Source: Pseudomonadota bacterium (GTDB lineage Bacteria; Pseudomonadota; Gammaproteobacteria; Pseudomonadales; JADFDG01). Taken from it: 64,000 bases of DNA. The stretch is from assembly GCA_049324495.1 (NCBI GenBank), contig JBMOOP010000128.1:10797-74796 (forward strand), written 5' to 3'. Within the stretch, counting starts at the first letter, position 1. Each line of letters opens with the position of its first letter. A program made the position numbers and the translations under genes. Below the pieces are notes generated by a model. The model was not told the origin of the DNA and searched no databases. It saw only the letters and a program-made list of their open reading frames with translations. Of the stretch, positions 50,891-59,490 are shown piece by piece.

Positions 50891-53614
50891 ATGCACATGC
50901 TTACCGGACGTTTCCGTATTCATCGCTTGCTCCCTCTGCTCGGGGTCCCGGTGCTGTTTGCGCTTGCCTGTACCGAACTGCGTGCAGCAACGATTTTCGT
51001 GACCTCTGCCACCGACAGCTTTTCCACTGCGGATGGTTGCAGCATTCGCGAAGCCCTGATCAACGCCAATACCGACAGCAAATCCGGCTCGGTCGAATGC
51101 GCACGCGGCTCCGGCGCCGACCTTATTGTATTGCCGCCGCAAACCATCAACATGCAGGGGTCGGCCGCTGAAGAAGACGATCCGCGGGTGGGCGACCTGG
51201 ATGTCACCAGCGACATCACGTTTATCGGCGGTGGTGCGCAGTTCAGCCTGCTCGAAGCAGATTACGGTGGCCGTATTTTCGACGTCCAGGCCGGCGGCAC
51301 ATTGACGGTGCGCGGTCTGACGCTGCAACGCGGTATGGCTGCGCAGGAAGGCGGCGCGATCCGCGCCAACCTCGGCTCTACGCTCAACATCAACGACGTT
51401 GTGATTGGATCGGCGATCGTCTCTGCCAGTGCCGTTGGCGGCAGGGGCGGCGCGATCTACATCGGCCCTGGCGTTGCCGCCAACCTGTCGCGCATGCAGA
51501 TTGCCTACAACACCGCGCTGGGTTTGAACGGCGAGGGTGGTGGCATCTACTGTGACGGTTGCCAACTCGCGGTTACTGCCACGACATTCAACGACAACGA
51601 GGCCAGCGCGAGTGGCGGGGCGCTCTATGCGGCACCGGGAAGTTCCGTCGCGCTCTCGTTTGTCACCTTCGGCTACAACGGCGCGGCGGTGGGTGCGGGC
51701 ATGCATCTGCTGGGCGATGCAACACTCAGAGGCGTGCTGGCTGCCGACAACGGCAGCGGCCTGAGCGGTGACGACCTGCTCTGCACCGAGGGTACATTCT
51801 CGGCGACCTATTCGTTCGTTGAGTTTCCCGGCGCCGACTGCGTGCTCGGCACGTCCAATAAAACGCGCAGTGATGTCGCACCTGCGGTTGAGCCGGCCCT
51901 TCTTCAGGAAGCGCTCCTCCAGCGCTTCGACGGCCAGCCAAGCGGCGTGCTGCAGTGGCGTTATGGCGGTTTCTTTGCCGTGCCGGCAGCCCAATGTGCC
52001 GGGTATTCCGACCAGCATGGCCGCCGCGGCGCCGACATCGACGACTGCGACATCGGCGCCTTTTCGCGCCCCGTGCTTGGCGTCAATCCGATGGTCTCGC
52101 AGTCGAGCACCAACGGTGATCCCAGCCTCTTTGGTTTCGGACTGTTCCGCGTGCCGACGGTCGACACCCTCGTGCACCTGAACCCGATCGGCGGTATTGC
52201 CGAGCCTTGCAACGTATCGGTGCCGGACATCAGCATCCCGGCCAACTCCGTCAGCGCCCAGTTGCTGATCGATCCCGATACCCTGTTCAGTGCACCGGCA
52301 ATCGGGCGGCCGTTTCGCGTTTGCGAGTTCGAGCTGGTGGTGACCAGCGGCCCCTCGACGCTCGTGGGCGCACGCAGCGGTGTCCTGCGCATCAAACTGA
52401 ACGACACCTCGCTCGCCGCCGCCGCAGGCGTGTCCTCACCGCCGCCGGGCACTTACCTTGAATTTGGCAGCGTCCCGGTCGGCAGCGGCGGTACCGCCAA
52501 CCTCGTGTTTTTGCCTGCGGTTGCCGGCTGGGACATCACCGGCATCAGTTTCGGGGGTGCCGATCCGTCACGCTTCTCCTCGCCGGCGGCCGGCTTTCCG
52601 ATTCCGGTCCGAACCCGCGATGAGGGCGGCACCAGCCTACCCTTCCAGTGTGCAGGCGGCGTCCTGGGTGCCTACGATGCCTTGATTCAGGTGAACACCA
52701 ATAACCCGACGTTCCCGGTACTCGTCTACGCTGTTCGGTGTCGCGTGGTCCACCTGCTGTCATTGATTGCCAGTGGCAATCTCGTGTCGGAAGCGGGCGG
52801 TGGCGGCAGCGTCGAGTTCACCGTTGCCCTCGATTCGGCGAGCGTCCTGCCGGGCCCTCTCAGCGTCGATCTTGCCGAAGTGGCAGGCAGCGCCACGTCG
52901 CTCAGCGGCGATTACTCCGCTTTTGGCCAAACGATCACCTTCAACCCCGGCGAGCAGCAGCACAGCGTCAGTGTCAGCATCTTCGACGACACCCTGATCG
53001 AGGATACCGAGACATTCGGCGCGCGCCTGGTGCTTGCCCCGCAGGACGACGTTCAGCTTGTCGGTGCATCCGAAGCCACCGTCGTCATCGCCAACGATGA
53101 TTATCCGGTGCAGGCCATGACGCTGGCACTCGATGGCATTCCCGAGCGCACGGCAGCCGGTGTGCGCATCGCGGCGACTGCGGTTGTGACCAACACCGGT
53201 ACGGACCCCCTTCACGACCTGGGCGTCACCATCACGGTCGATGCGCCGGTACGGATCGTCAGTTTTGCCATTGCCTCTGCCGCCTGCGGCCTGAGCGGGA
53301 ATCAGCGTTCCGCCCAGTGCACCCTCGATGGCGATGTGCCGTCGGGCGAGTCCCGGACCTTTGCGGGAACGATTGAAATGGCTGAGATGAAAGACGCGCC
53401 CATGCTGGATCTGGACGGCGTCGTCGCGGTATCGGCCACCGCCACTGCGGCGACGATCCCGCTTGCCGTGACCGACGAAGCGAGCTACACGATCATTGGC
53501 CAGGGCATCAACCTCGGTTCTGTGACCAGCTTCTCATTACTGCCTTTGCTGCTCCTGGGGCTGCGGGGAATCGGGCGTTCCGCTGGTCGGATGACCCGTC
53601 GAATCGGTTGCTAG
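50891..53614 (+). CDS. Large secreted beta-helix surface protein: CSLREA motif N-terminus, Pmp-type GGA[IL]/FxxN repeats, Calx-beta domain, C-terminal hydrophobic-basic anchor-like tail
   Basis: ATG at 50891 gives the signal peptide MHMLTGRFRIHRLLPLLGVPVLFALACTELRAA. Other features are DGCSIREALINAN (CSLREA-type motif), GGAIRAN/GGAIYIG/GGGIYCD/GGALYAA with FNDN/FGYN, a Calx-beta-like GDYSAFGQTITFNPGEQQHSVSVSIFDDTLIEDTETF...VVIANDD, and the C-terminus GSVTSFSLLPLLLLGLRGIGRSAGRMTRRIGC. Confidence 0.75.
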   Translation: MHMLTGRFRIHRLLPLLGVPVLFALACTELRAATIFVTSATDSFSTADGCSIREALINANTDSKSGSVECARGSGADLIVLPPQTINMQGSAAEEDDPRVGDLDVTSDITFIGGGAQFSLLEADYGGRIFDVQAGGTLTVRGLTLQRGMAAQEGGAIRANLGSTLNINDVVIGSAIVSASAVGGRGGAIYIGPGVAANLSRMQIAYNTALGLNGEGGGIYCDGCQLAVTATTFNDNEASASGGALYAAPGSSVALSFVTFGYNGAAVGAGMHLLGDATLRGVLAADNGSGLSGDDLLCTEGTFSATYSFVEFPGADCVLGTSNKTRSDVAPAVEPALLQEALLQRFDGQPSGVLQWRYGGFFAVPAAQCAGYSDQHGRRGADIDDCDIGAFSRPVLGVNPMVSQSSTNGDPSLFGFGLFRVPTVDTLVHLNPIGGIAEPCNVSVPDISIPANSVSAQLLIDPDTLFSAPAIGRPFRVCEFELVVTSGPSTLVGARSGVLRIKLNDTSLAAAAGVSSPPPGTYLEFGSVPVGSGGTANLVFLPAVAGWDITGISFGGADPSRFSSPAAGFPIPVRTRDEGGTSLPFQCAGGVLGAYDALIQVNTNNPTFPVLVYAVRCRVVHLLSLIASGNLVSEAGGGGSVEFTVALDSASVLPGPLSVDLAEVAGSATSLSGDYSAFGQTITFNPGEQQHSVSVSIFDDTLIEDTETFGARLVLAPQDDVQLVGASEATVVIANDDYPVQAMTLALDGIPERTAAGVRIAATAVVTNTGTDPLHDLGVTITVDAPVRIVSFAIASAACGLSGNQRSAQCTLDGDVPSGESRTFAGTIEMAEMKDAPMLDLDGVVAVSATATAATIPLAVTDEASYTIIGQGINLGSVTSFSLLPLLLLGLRGIGRSAGRMTRRIGC

Positions 53615-53724
53615 TGTGCTTTTCACGGGAGTACCGTTAGCCGGGCTTTATCTCAGGATTTGGCCGTTTCCGACCTAAACCTCAAAAAACAACAGCTGCA
53701 GAAGAAAGAAATCGGAGAAAGACA

Positions 53725-54579
53725 ATGACCTTCAAAAAACTTACCCTAGTCACCGCGATCGCGGCGGCACCCTTCACGGCGTTCAGTGCCTTTGCGGCCG
53801 AGTCGCTCGATGACGCCGTGCTGAGTGGCGTTACCGGCCAGGATGGTATCGCCATCAACCTCGGTCTCAACGTCACCACCAACGCGATCGTTCACGACAC
53901 CGACGGTATCGACAATGTCTCGACGACGTACTCGTTCGACGGCGCGATCATCGTCACGGGCCTCAACATCAACACCCAGGGTAACGATATCCGGGTCGAG
54001 GTTGACGCCGGTGACAGCAGCACCGCTGCGGGCACGGCGCCGGTTCTGAACATCAATGTCGCTATCCCGACCGGCACCACGATCCAGACCGGCACGCTGC
54101 GGGTGGGTAACTCCAACCGTGACGATGCCAGCGGCTGGGGCTATGAGGCCGGCACCGTGTCGGGTGTGATCATGTCCAACGCCACGATCACTCTCGGCGC
54201 GACAACCGCCAACATCCAGTTGGGCAACGAAGCCCAGGGGAACATGATCCAGATCGATACCGTCATCACCGGCGGCGTCTCGATTGCGAACAGCACCCTG
54301 AACGACGCAGGCGGTGCGCTGACCGGCGGCACCATCGGTTCGTCCAACCTCCAGATACTCGACAACGGCGGTACGGACCTGACCGTGGATGTCGGCGTGG
54401 ACGTGACCGCAACCGACGGCTTGCTGATCACCCTGAATCAGGTGGGCGCTGCGGCCACGGGCTTTGACATGCGTATCGAGCGTCAGTACCTGGGCACCAC
54501 GACCCTGGGCTACATCGGGGATGTCGAGCTGACGGGCGTCAACCTGAACGGTTCGACGATCGGTATTTCGGGTAAATAA
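53725..54579 (+). CDS. filA: Putative fibre/pilus major subunit, FilA-like (DUF6160-type), paralogue 1
   Basis: Strong SD (GGAGAAAG). The Sec signal MTFKKLTLVTAIAAAPFTAFSAFA is followed by the conserved ESLDDAVLSGVTGQDGI motif. The mature part is Gly/Thr/Asn/Ile/Val-rich with alternating hydrophobic residues and no Cys, ending in ...GSTIGISGK. The symbol is given by analogy to the Acinetobacter fil locus from memory. Confidence 0.6.
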   Translation: MTFKKLTLVTAIAAAPFTAFSAFAAESLDDAVLSGVTGQDGIAINLGLNVTTNAIVHDTDGIDNVSTTYSFDGAIIVTGLNINTQGNDIRVEVDAGDSSTAAGTAPVLNINVAIPTGTTIQTGTLRVGNSNRDDASGWGYEAGTVSGVIMSNATITLGATTANIQLGNEAQGNMIQIDTVITGGVSIANSTLNDAGGALTGGTIGSSNLQILDNGGTDLTVDVGVDVTATDGLLITLNQVGAAATGFDMRIERQYLGTTTLGYIGDVELTGVNLNGSTIGISGK

Positions 54580-54586
54580 GGGCCCT

Positions 54587-54623
54587 GGGGGGCGGCGGGC
54601 GGGTCCTTCCGTCCGCCGCCCCT
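54587..54623 (+). terminator. GC-rich hairpin after filA paralogue 1 (attenuator or terminator)
   Basis: GGGGGGCGGCGGGCGGG-TCCTT-CCGTCCGCCGCCCC: a roughly 14-bp stem with one mismatch, starting 8 nt after the stop. There is no clear T-tract. Confidence 0.5.
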
Positions 54624-54782
54624 GTCATTCGTCGGCGGTTTGTCATTGTTCTGTACGTGAGTTAGGGGTTTCGTGTTAACTTCTGGTCGGGCAATGTCCT
54701 CGGGGCAGGGCCTCAATGAACAAAGAATGTGCATTTCAAAACAAAAAACGACAAGACCCCGCAAGGGGATAAGGAGAAGAAT

Positions 54783-55622
54783 ATGACCTTCAAGAAACTT
54801 GCGCTCGCCTCAGCCATCGCCCTGGTTCCGGTTTCCGGCTTCTCGCTGGAAGCGCTCGACGATTCCAGCCTCGGTGACGTCACCGGCCAGGACGGTATCG
54901 AGATCGACATCTCCACCGCGTCGCCGATTACGGCGGATTTCTATATTCACGACACAACCGGCTTGGGCAGCACGGCCGCCCCGACGGGCACCCATACCTT
55001 CGACGGCGCCATCGTCATCGATAACTTCTCGTTCAACGGCACGGTCAATATCGACATCGATGCTGGCGACAATGCCAACGCAGCACCATCGGCTCCGGTG
55101 TTGCAGATCAATGTCAGCGTCCCGACAGCGACGATCATCACCGGCGACCTCAGGGTGGCCAACTCGCAGCGTGACGACGCAACGTCTAACTGGGGCGTCA
55201 ACACCATCTCTGGTGTGCTGCTGAACACCATGACCATCGCCATGTCCGGCCTGACGCTCAACATACAACTCGGCAACGAGCCGCAGGGCAACATGATCCT
55301 GGTGAACTCGACGATCACCGGCGGCCTCTCGATCAACAGCTTTGCCCTCAACGACGCAAACTCAGGCGGTGCCGCAATCGGCGCGTCCAACATCTTGGTT
55401 CGGGATACGGCTGGCGGTGCCGACCTGAGTCTCAACGTCGGCGTGGATGCCAGCACGGCCGGGCTTGTCATTGACGTGAACAACATCGGTACGTTGGCGG
55501 GTGGTATGGATCTCCGCATTACCGATCTGTACCTTGGCACCACGGGTGCGGGCATAGTCGGCGATGTGACCGTCGTCGGCCTCAACCTTGCCGGTTCCAC
55601 GGTCACCATCTCCGGCAAATAA
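54783..55622 (+). CDS. filA: Putative fibre/pilus subunit, FilA-like (DUF6160-type), paralogue 2
   Basis: The ATG at 54783 follows AAGGAGA. MTFKKLALASAIALVPVSGFS is followed by LEALDDSSLGDVTGQDGI. It is collinear with paralogue 1 (roughly half of positions identical by eye) and has the same C-terminus ...GSTVTISGK. Confidence 0.6.
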   Translation: MTFKKLALASAIALVPVSGFSLEALDDSSLGDVTGQDGIEIDISTASPITADFYIHDTTGLGSTAAPTGTHTFDGAIVIDNFSFNGTVNIDIDAGDNANAAPSAPVLQINVSVPTATIITGDLRVANSQRDDATSNWGVNTISGVLLNTMTIAMSGLTLNIQLGNEPQGNMILVNSTITGGLSINSFALNDANSGGAAIGASNILVRDTAGGADLSLNVGVDASTAGLVIDVNNIGTLAGGMDLRITDLYLGTTGAGIVGDVTVVGLNLAGSTVTISGK

Positions 55623-55640
55623 TCCAACGCTTCACCGCTC

Positions 55641-55691
55641 CGCAGGAAGCCCGGCTCCGGCCGGGCTTCCTCGTTCCTGCGGGATATTTTT
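55641..55691 (+). terminator. Hairpin/likely terminator after filA paralogue 2
   Basis: A perfect 11-bp stem GGAAGCCCGGC-TCCG-GCCGGGCTTCC (55645-55670) is flanked by CGCAG/CTGCG and followed by a T-rich stretch (GATATTTTTCTCT). Confidence 0.6.
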
Positions 55692-55822
55692 CTCTGCATT
55701 ACAAAAGTCTACACGGGCCGGCTTGCGGCGCCGGGCACCGCATCGCTAACCTAGCGCCTCATAACAAGAATTCGGCTGTTTTGCCCGCCCGGGCAGACAG
55801 CCCCCAGGCTCTGGGGTAGTCG

Positions 55823-56632
55823 ATGTTGGCCGTTCTGGCAGGCGCCATTCTGATGCTCGTCGCTTTGAATAATGTCGCGGTGGTCGAAGACCAACCGGCG
55901 GGTATTGTTCAATACGAGCATCCGCAGCGCTTCGGCGCGATACGGGAGCGCGGGGTCACAGTCAAGCCGGACAGTGTCGTGAAATATCACGGTATCGTTC
56001 GTCAGGCCTATGACTACAGCTGCGGTTCTGCGGCGCTCACTACCTTGCTCAACGGCTACCTCGGCCGCCAGTTTCACGAACGACAGATCATGGAAGGCCT
56101 GCTGCGTTTCGGCGAAACGGACAAAATTGTCGAGCGGCGCGGCTTTTCGTTGCTCGACATGAAACGCCTGGTCACCGCGCTGGGCCATCCCAGCGGCGGT
56201 TTTCGCGCCACAACCCAAGACCTGGTCGTGCTCGACCACCCGGCAATCGCGCCGATCGGTTACGCTGGCTTCAAGCATTTTGTCGTGATCAAGGGCTTTC
56301 GCGACGGCCGCGTGTTCGTGGCCGATCCGGCACTGGGCAACATTTCGTTCTCGATCACCCGTTTCGAGGAAGTGTGGCTCGACAATGTGTTGTTCATCGT
56401 GTTCCCGAACGGCTTTGAACCGCAGAAGACGCTCGATATTGCGGACACCGATTTGCGCTATATCGATGAACAAACGATTCGGCGTCTGTCGTTCGCCCAG
56501 CCGGAAGTGTTCCTGCCGGCTCGCGAGATCGAGGCGGATCGCGCTGCTTCGCTCGTTCCGGTGTACATCGAGAATTCGAAAGGGAAACTTGAAATCATCA
56601 ACGTGCCGCTGCGGACGTATTTCGCGCGCTGA
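55823..56632 (+). CDS. filB: Stand-alone membrane-anchored C39-family cysteine peptidase (FilB-like)
   Basis: N-terminal TM/signal anchor MLAVLAGAILMLVALNNV. The C39 catalytic Cys context is QAYDYSCGSAALTTLLN. The His/Asp region is GFKHFVVIKGFRDGRVFVADPALG. No ABC transporter domain is fused. Confidence 0.7.
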   Translation: MLAVLAGAILMLVALNNVAVVEDQPAGIVQYEHPQRFGAIRERGVTVKPDSVVKYHGIVRQAYDYSCGSAALTTLLNGYLGRQFHERQIMEGLLRFGETDKIVERRGFSLLDMKRLVTALGHPSGGFRATTQDLVVLDHPAIAPIGYAGFKHFVVIKGFRDGRVFVADPALGNISFSITRFEEVWLDNVLFIVFPNGFEPQKTLDIADTDLRYIDEQTIRRLSFAQPEVFLPAREIEADRAASLVPVYIENSKGKLEIINVPLRTYFAR

Positions 56633-56654
56633 ACAACAAGAAGGACGAGTAGCG

Positions 56655-57782
56655 ATGCTGACATTTGCCCGTACCTCCTGGATTGCCGCTTTGGTGCTGC
56701 TCGCCATGGCGCCTCTCACTCATGCCGAGGATGTACCGGTATCGCCTGAGCCTGCCACTTCTGCACCCGAAGCCACTGCCGCTCCGGCAACGGCCGAACC
56801 TGCAGCGCCTGTGGCGACGGCTGCGCCGGCCGCTACGCCGCCGCCGGCCGATGCCGACAAAGCCCGTGAAGCCTTGACGGCAAAAGAGGGGGATGTCACC
56901 GCAGAGAAAAACCTGGAGGAAGTTTTCCAGGCGGCAGAGAAGCAGTACTCCTTGCTCAAGTCGGGCCAGATGGATATAGGGTATTCGTTCAATTACGGTT
57001 ATTTCCGCAACGATCGCATCGATATTGCCTTCAACGACGGCGGCAGCATCAGCCGGTTCCTGATCGAGCAGGACGCCCAGCATTCCTTTTCCAACTCTTT
57101 TTCGTTCGATTACGGCGTCTGGAACAACCTGACGATCAACGCGCAGTTGCCACTGCTTTTCAAGTATGACTCGGCCAAGGATATTTCCGGTGCAGCGTTG
57201 GGCGATGTGTCCTTGGGCCTGCGCTGGCAACCGTTCGCACTCAAGCGTGGCGCGCCGGTCAGCACCCTGTTTGCCACCTTCTCGACGGCCACCGGCGACA
57301 GCCCCTACAAGATCAATCCGAACACGGATCTGTCGTCCGGCAAGGGCTACTACGCCACGTCGTTCGGTGCCTCGGCCAGTAAGGTCATCGATCCGGCGGT
57401 CGTCTTCGGCAGCCTGAGTTACACCATGGGTTTCGATGCGACCGATCTGGATCAGGCACGCGGTGAGCGTATTCTGACCGAGTTTCACCCGGGTGATTCG
57501 GTCAGCTTCTCGATGGGCCTGGCCTACTCGCTGTCCTACGATTTATCGATCAGTGTGTCCTATCAGCAGAGCTATGCGTTCCAGAGCGAATACCTGTTCA
57601 GCAACGGCGATTTCGTCGGTTCCGAGGATTCCACCTCGGCTTCGCTCAGTTCGTCGGTGGGCGTGCGCATGTCGCCGAAGCGGATCGTCAATATAGGGCT
57701 TGGTTTTGGCCTGACCGAGGAAGCATCCGATGTCACGATCGGCATTTCCCTGCCGATCGATATCGCTGGCCTCAAGAAGTGA
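56655..57782 (+). CDS. filC: Outer-membrane beta-barrel 'transporter' (MetA-pathway/phenol-degradation-like family; FilC-like) with a Pro/Ala-rich N-terminal spacer
   Basis: The ATG at 56655 follows AAGGACGAG. It has the signal peptide MLTFARTSWIAALVLLAMAPLTHA, then a spacer of about 50 aa (PEPATSAPEATAAPATAEPAAPVATAAPAATPPPA), then alternating-pattern beta strands (GYSFNYGYF..., SFSFDYGVW..., LSISVSYQQSYAF). The family call is from memory of similar loci. Confidence 0.55.
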   Translation: MLTFARTSWIAALVLLAMAPLTHAEDVPVSPEPATSAPEATAAPATAEPAAPVATAAPAATPPPADADKAREALTAKEGDVTAEKNLEEVFQAAEKQYSLLKSGQMDIGYSFNYGYFRNDRIDIAFNDGGSISRFLIEQDAQHSFSNSFSFDYGVWNNLTINAQLPLLFKYDSAKDISGAALGDVSLGLRWQPFALKRGAPVSTLFATFSTATGDSPYKINPNTDLSSGKGYYATSFGASASKVIDPAVVFGSLSYTMGFDATDLDQARGERILTEFHPGDSVSFSMGLAYSLSYDLSISVSYQQSYAFQSEYLFSNGDFVGSEDSTSASLSSSVGVRMSPKRIVNIGLGFGLTEEASDVTIGISLPIDIAGLKK

Positions 57783-57827
57783 TCGTGCGTGCACGAATCA
57801 GCGGGGATGCATAGGACAGGGCCAAGC

Positions 57828-59489
57828 ATGACCAAGCTGCACGTGTTTTTCCGGTGGGCTACAGTGCTGGCGCTGTTTGCGTCACAGGCAGCTCCCGCCC
57901 AGGTGGCGACCAACATCGCGGTCGACGTTCGCGCGATGGCGCTGGGCAACGCAGTAACTGCCGATCCGCCGGGAATCAGTGCCATCCATTTCAATCCCGC
58001 CGGCCTTGCCAAGCTGGAAGGTCGGCGTATCGATCTGCAGTTCATTGCGGCTGATTTTGCACTCAATTCGAAATTCACCGCACCGCCGGGCTACGAGGTG
58101 TTTGGTTTTTCGGACGATCCGGTCGTCTGCGCCGATCCGGCCAACGACGGTGCCGATCAATGCCGCGAGTTCAAAACCGGTAACAGCAGTGTCGCCGGCG
58201 TTTCACTTTATCTGCCGGTGATCGATCAGGTCGTGGACTTGCCGCCGGGGCCCATCATGTTCGGTCCCCTGCCGGCCTTTTCCATCAGGCCGGCGGGTTC
58301 GAAAGTCACCTTTGCCAATGGTATCTATGCACCGCTGGTTGCCGGTTTTCACCGCAACGAAGACGATCCGGGCAACTTTCTGGGTAAACGCGTGGCGCTC
58401 GAACGCATCACTTATTTGTCACCGTCGTTGGGTTGGCAGGTCAATGATCATTGGGCCGTCGGTATGTCGGTCGGGCTCTCCTACCAGGCGGTTTCCTTGG
58501 AAACCGATTTCCGCTCGCCGAACGAACTGCTTGGTTTTGCGCGGGTGCTCGACGAAGATATTTGTGCGCCGTTTCGCGGTGAGTCGAACGTCGTGCTCGA
58601 CATTTTTCTGTTCGGTGCCTGTGGAGCGGAGGAGGGCCTCGATCCGTTTGAAAGCCTCGCCACCATGGACCTCAGCCTGGAGCAGCGCATGTCGCCGAGC
58701 TACAACCTCGGCGTGCTGTGGGAACCGAACGAAAAATTCTCCTGGGGCCTGGTCTGGCAATCCGAGGCCAACATGGACCTCAAGGGCAAGTACAAAATCA
58801 CCTACGAAAAACCGACACGCGACGTGTTGAATTCGGTCGGCAGTTCGCCAACCGGCGCCATTGCGCTCGCCGTGCTTGGCTTGCCCAGTTATGTCCCCCA
58901 GGAGGAAACGGGCCTGCTGTCCATGGGGCTCATCTATCCTGCGCACCTGCAAACCGGCATCAAATACGGTTTCCTGCCGCGCTGGCGGCTGAATATGGAT
59001 GTTGGTTGGGCGGATTACGGCAAGTGGGCGGCTTTCAACGTCAAATTTGACCGCAATATTGCTGCGCTGAGCCTGGCCCGGCTGCTCGCGCCCGGTGTCA
59101 CCCAGAGTTCGTTGTCGTTACCGCTGGGTTTTCAGAGCACATGGAGTATGGGGATAGGTGTCGAGTGGGATTTCACCGATCGCCTCACGTTGCGGATGGG
59201 TTATGAACCGCGTTCTTCCGCGATCCCGGAAAATAAGCGCAGCCCGCTCGTGCCAATCAACAAGGCGGTGCTGTACGGTTTGGGGCTGGGTTATAAATGG
59301 GACAAGGATTCGCAGGTAGACATTACCTTCGCCTACATGCACAGCAAGGACAGCATACCGGCGGACTCCAGTTGCGCAGCAAACTGCACGGGCCTGGACA
59401 ACATCATCTATAACCCGTACGCGGGCCTGGATATTCAGACGTCGGCCGAGATTCTTTATTTTGGCTTTGCCTATCGCACCACTTGGTAA
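57828..59489 (+). CDS. filD: Outer-membrane protein of the OmpP1/FadL/TodX family (FilD-like)
   Basis: ATG at 57828. It has the signal peptide MTKLHVFFRWATVLALFASQAAPAQ and a FadL-like N-terminal hatch (RAMALGNAVTADPPGISAIHFNPAGLA). The C-terminal beta-signal ...ILYFGFAYRTTW ends in an aromatic residue. Confidence 0.7.
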   Translation: MTKLHVFFRWATVLALFASQAAPAQVATNIAVDVRAMALGNAVTADPPGISAIHFNPAGLAKLEGRRIDLQFIAADFALNSKFTAPPGYEVFGFSDDPVVCADPANDGADQCREFKTGNSSVAGVSLYLPVIDQVVDLPPGPIMFGPLPAFSIRPAGSKVTFANGIYAPLVAGFHRNEDDPGNFLGKRVALERITYLSPSLGWQVNDHWAVGMSVGLSYQAVSLETDFRSPNELLGFARVLDEDICAPFRGESNVVLDIFLFGACGAEEGLDPFESLATMDLSLEQRMSPSYNLGVLWEPNEKFSWGLVWQSEANMDLKGKYKITYEKPTRDVLNSVGSSPTGAIALAVLGLPSYVPQEETGLLSMGLIYPAHLQTGIKYGFLPRWRLNMDVGWADYGKWAAFNVKFDRNIAALSLARLLAPGVTQSSLSLPLGFQSTWSMGIGVEWDFTDRLTLRMGYEPRSSAIPENKRSPLVPINKAVLYGLGLGYKWDKDSQVDITFAYMHSKDSIPADSSCAANCTGLDNIIYNPYAGLDIQTSAEILYFGFAYRTTW

Positions 59490-59490
59490 C

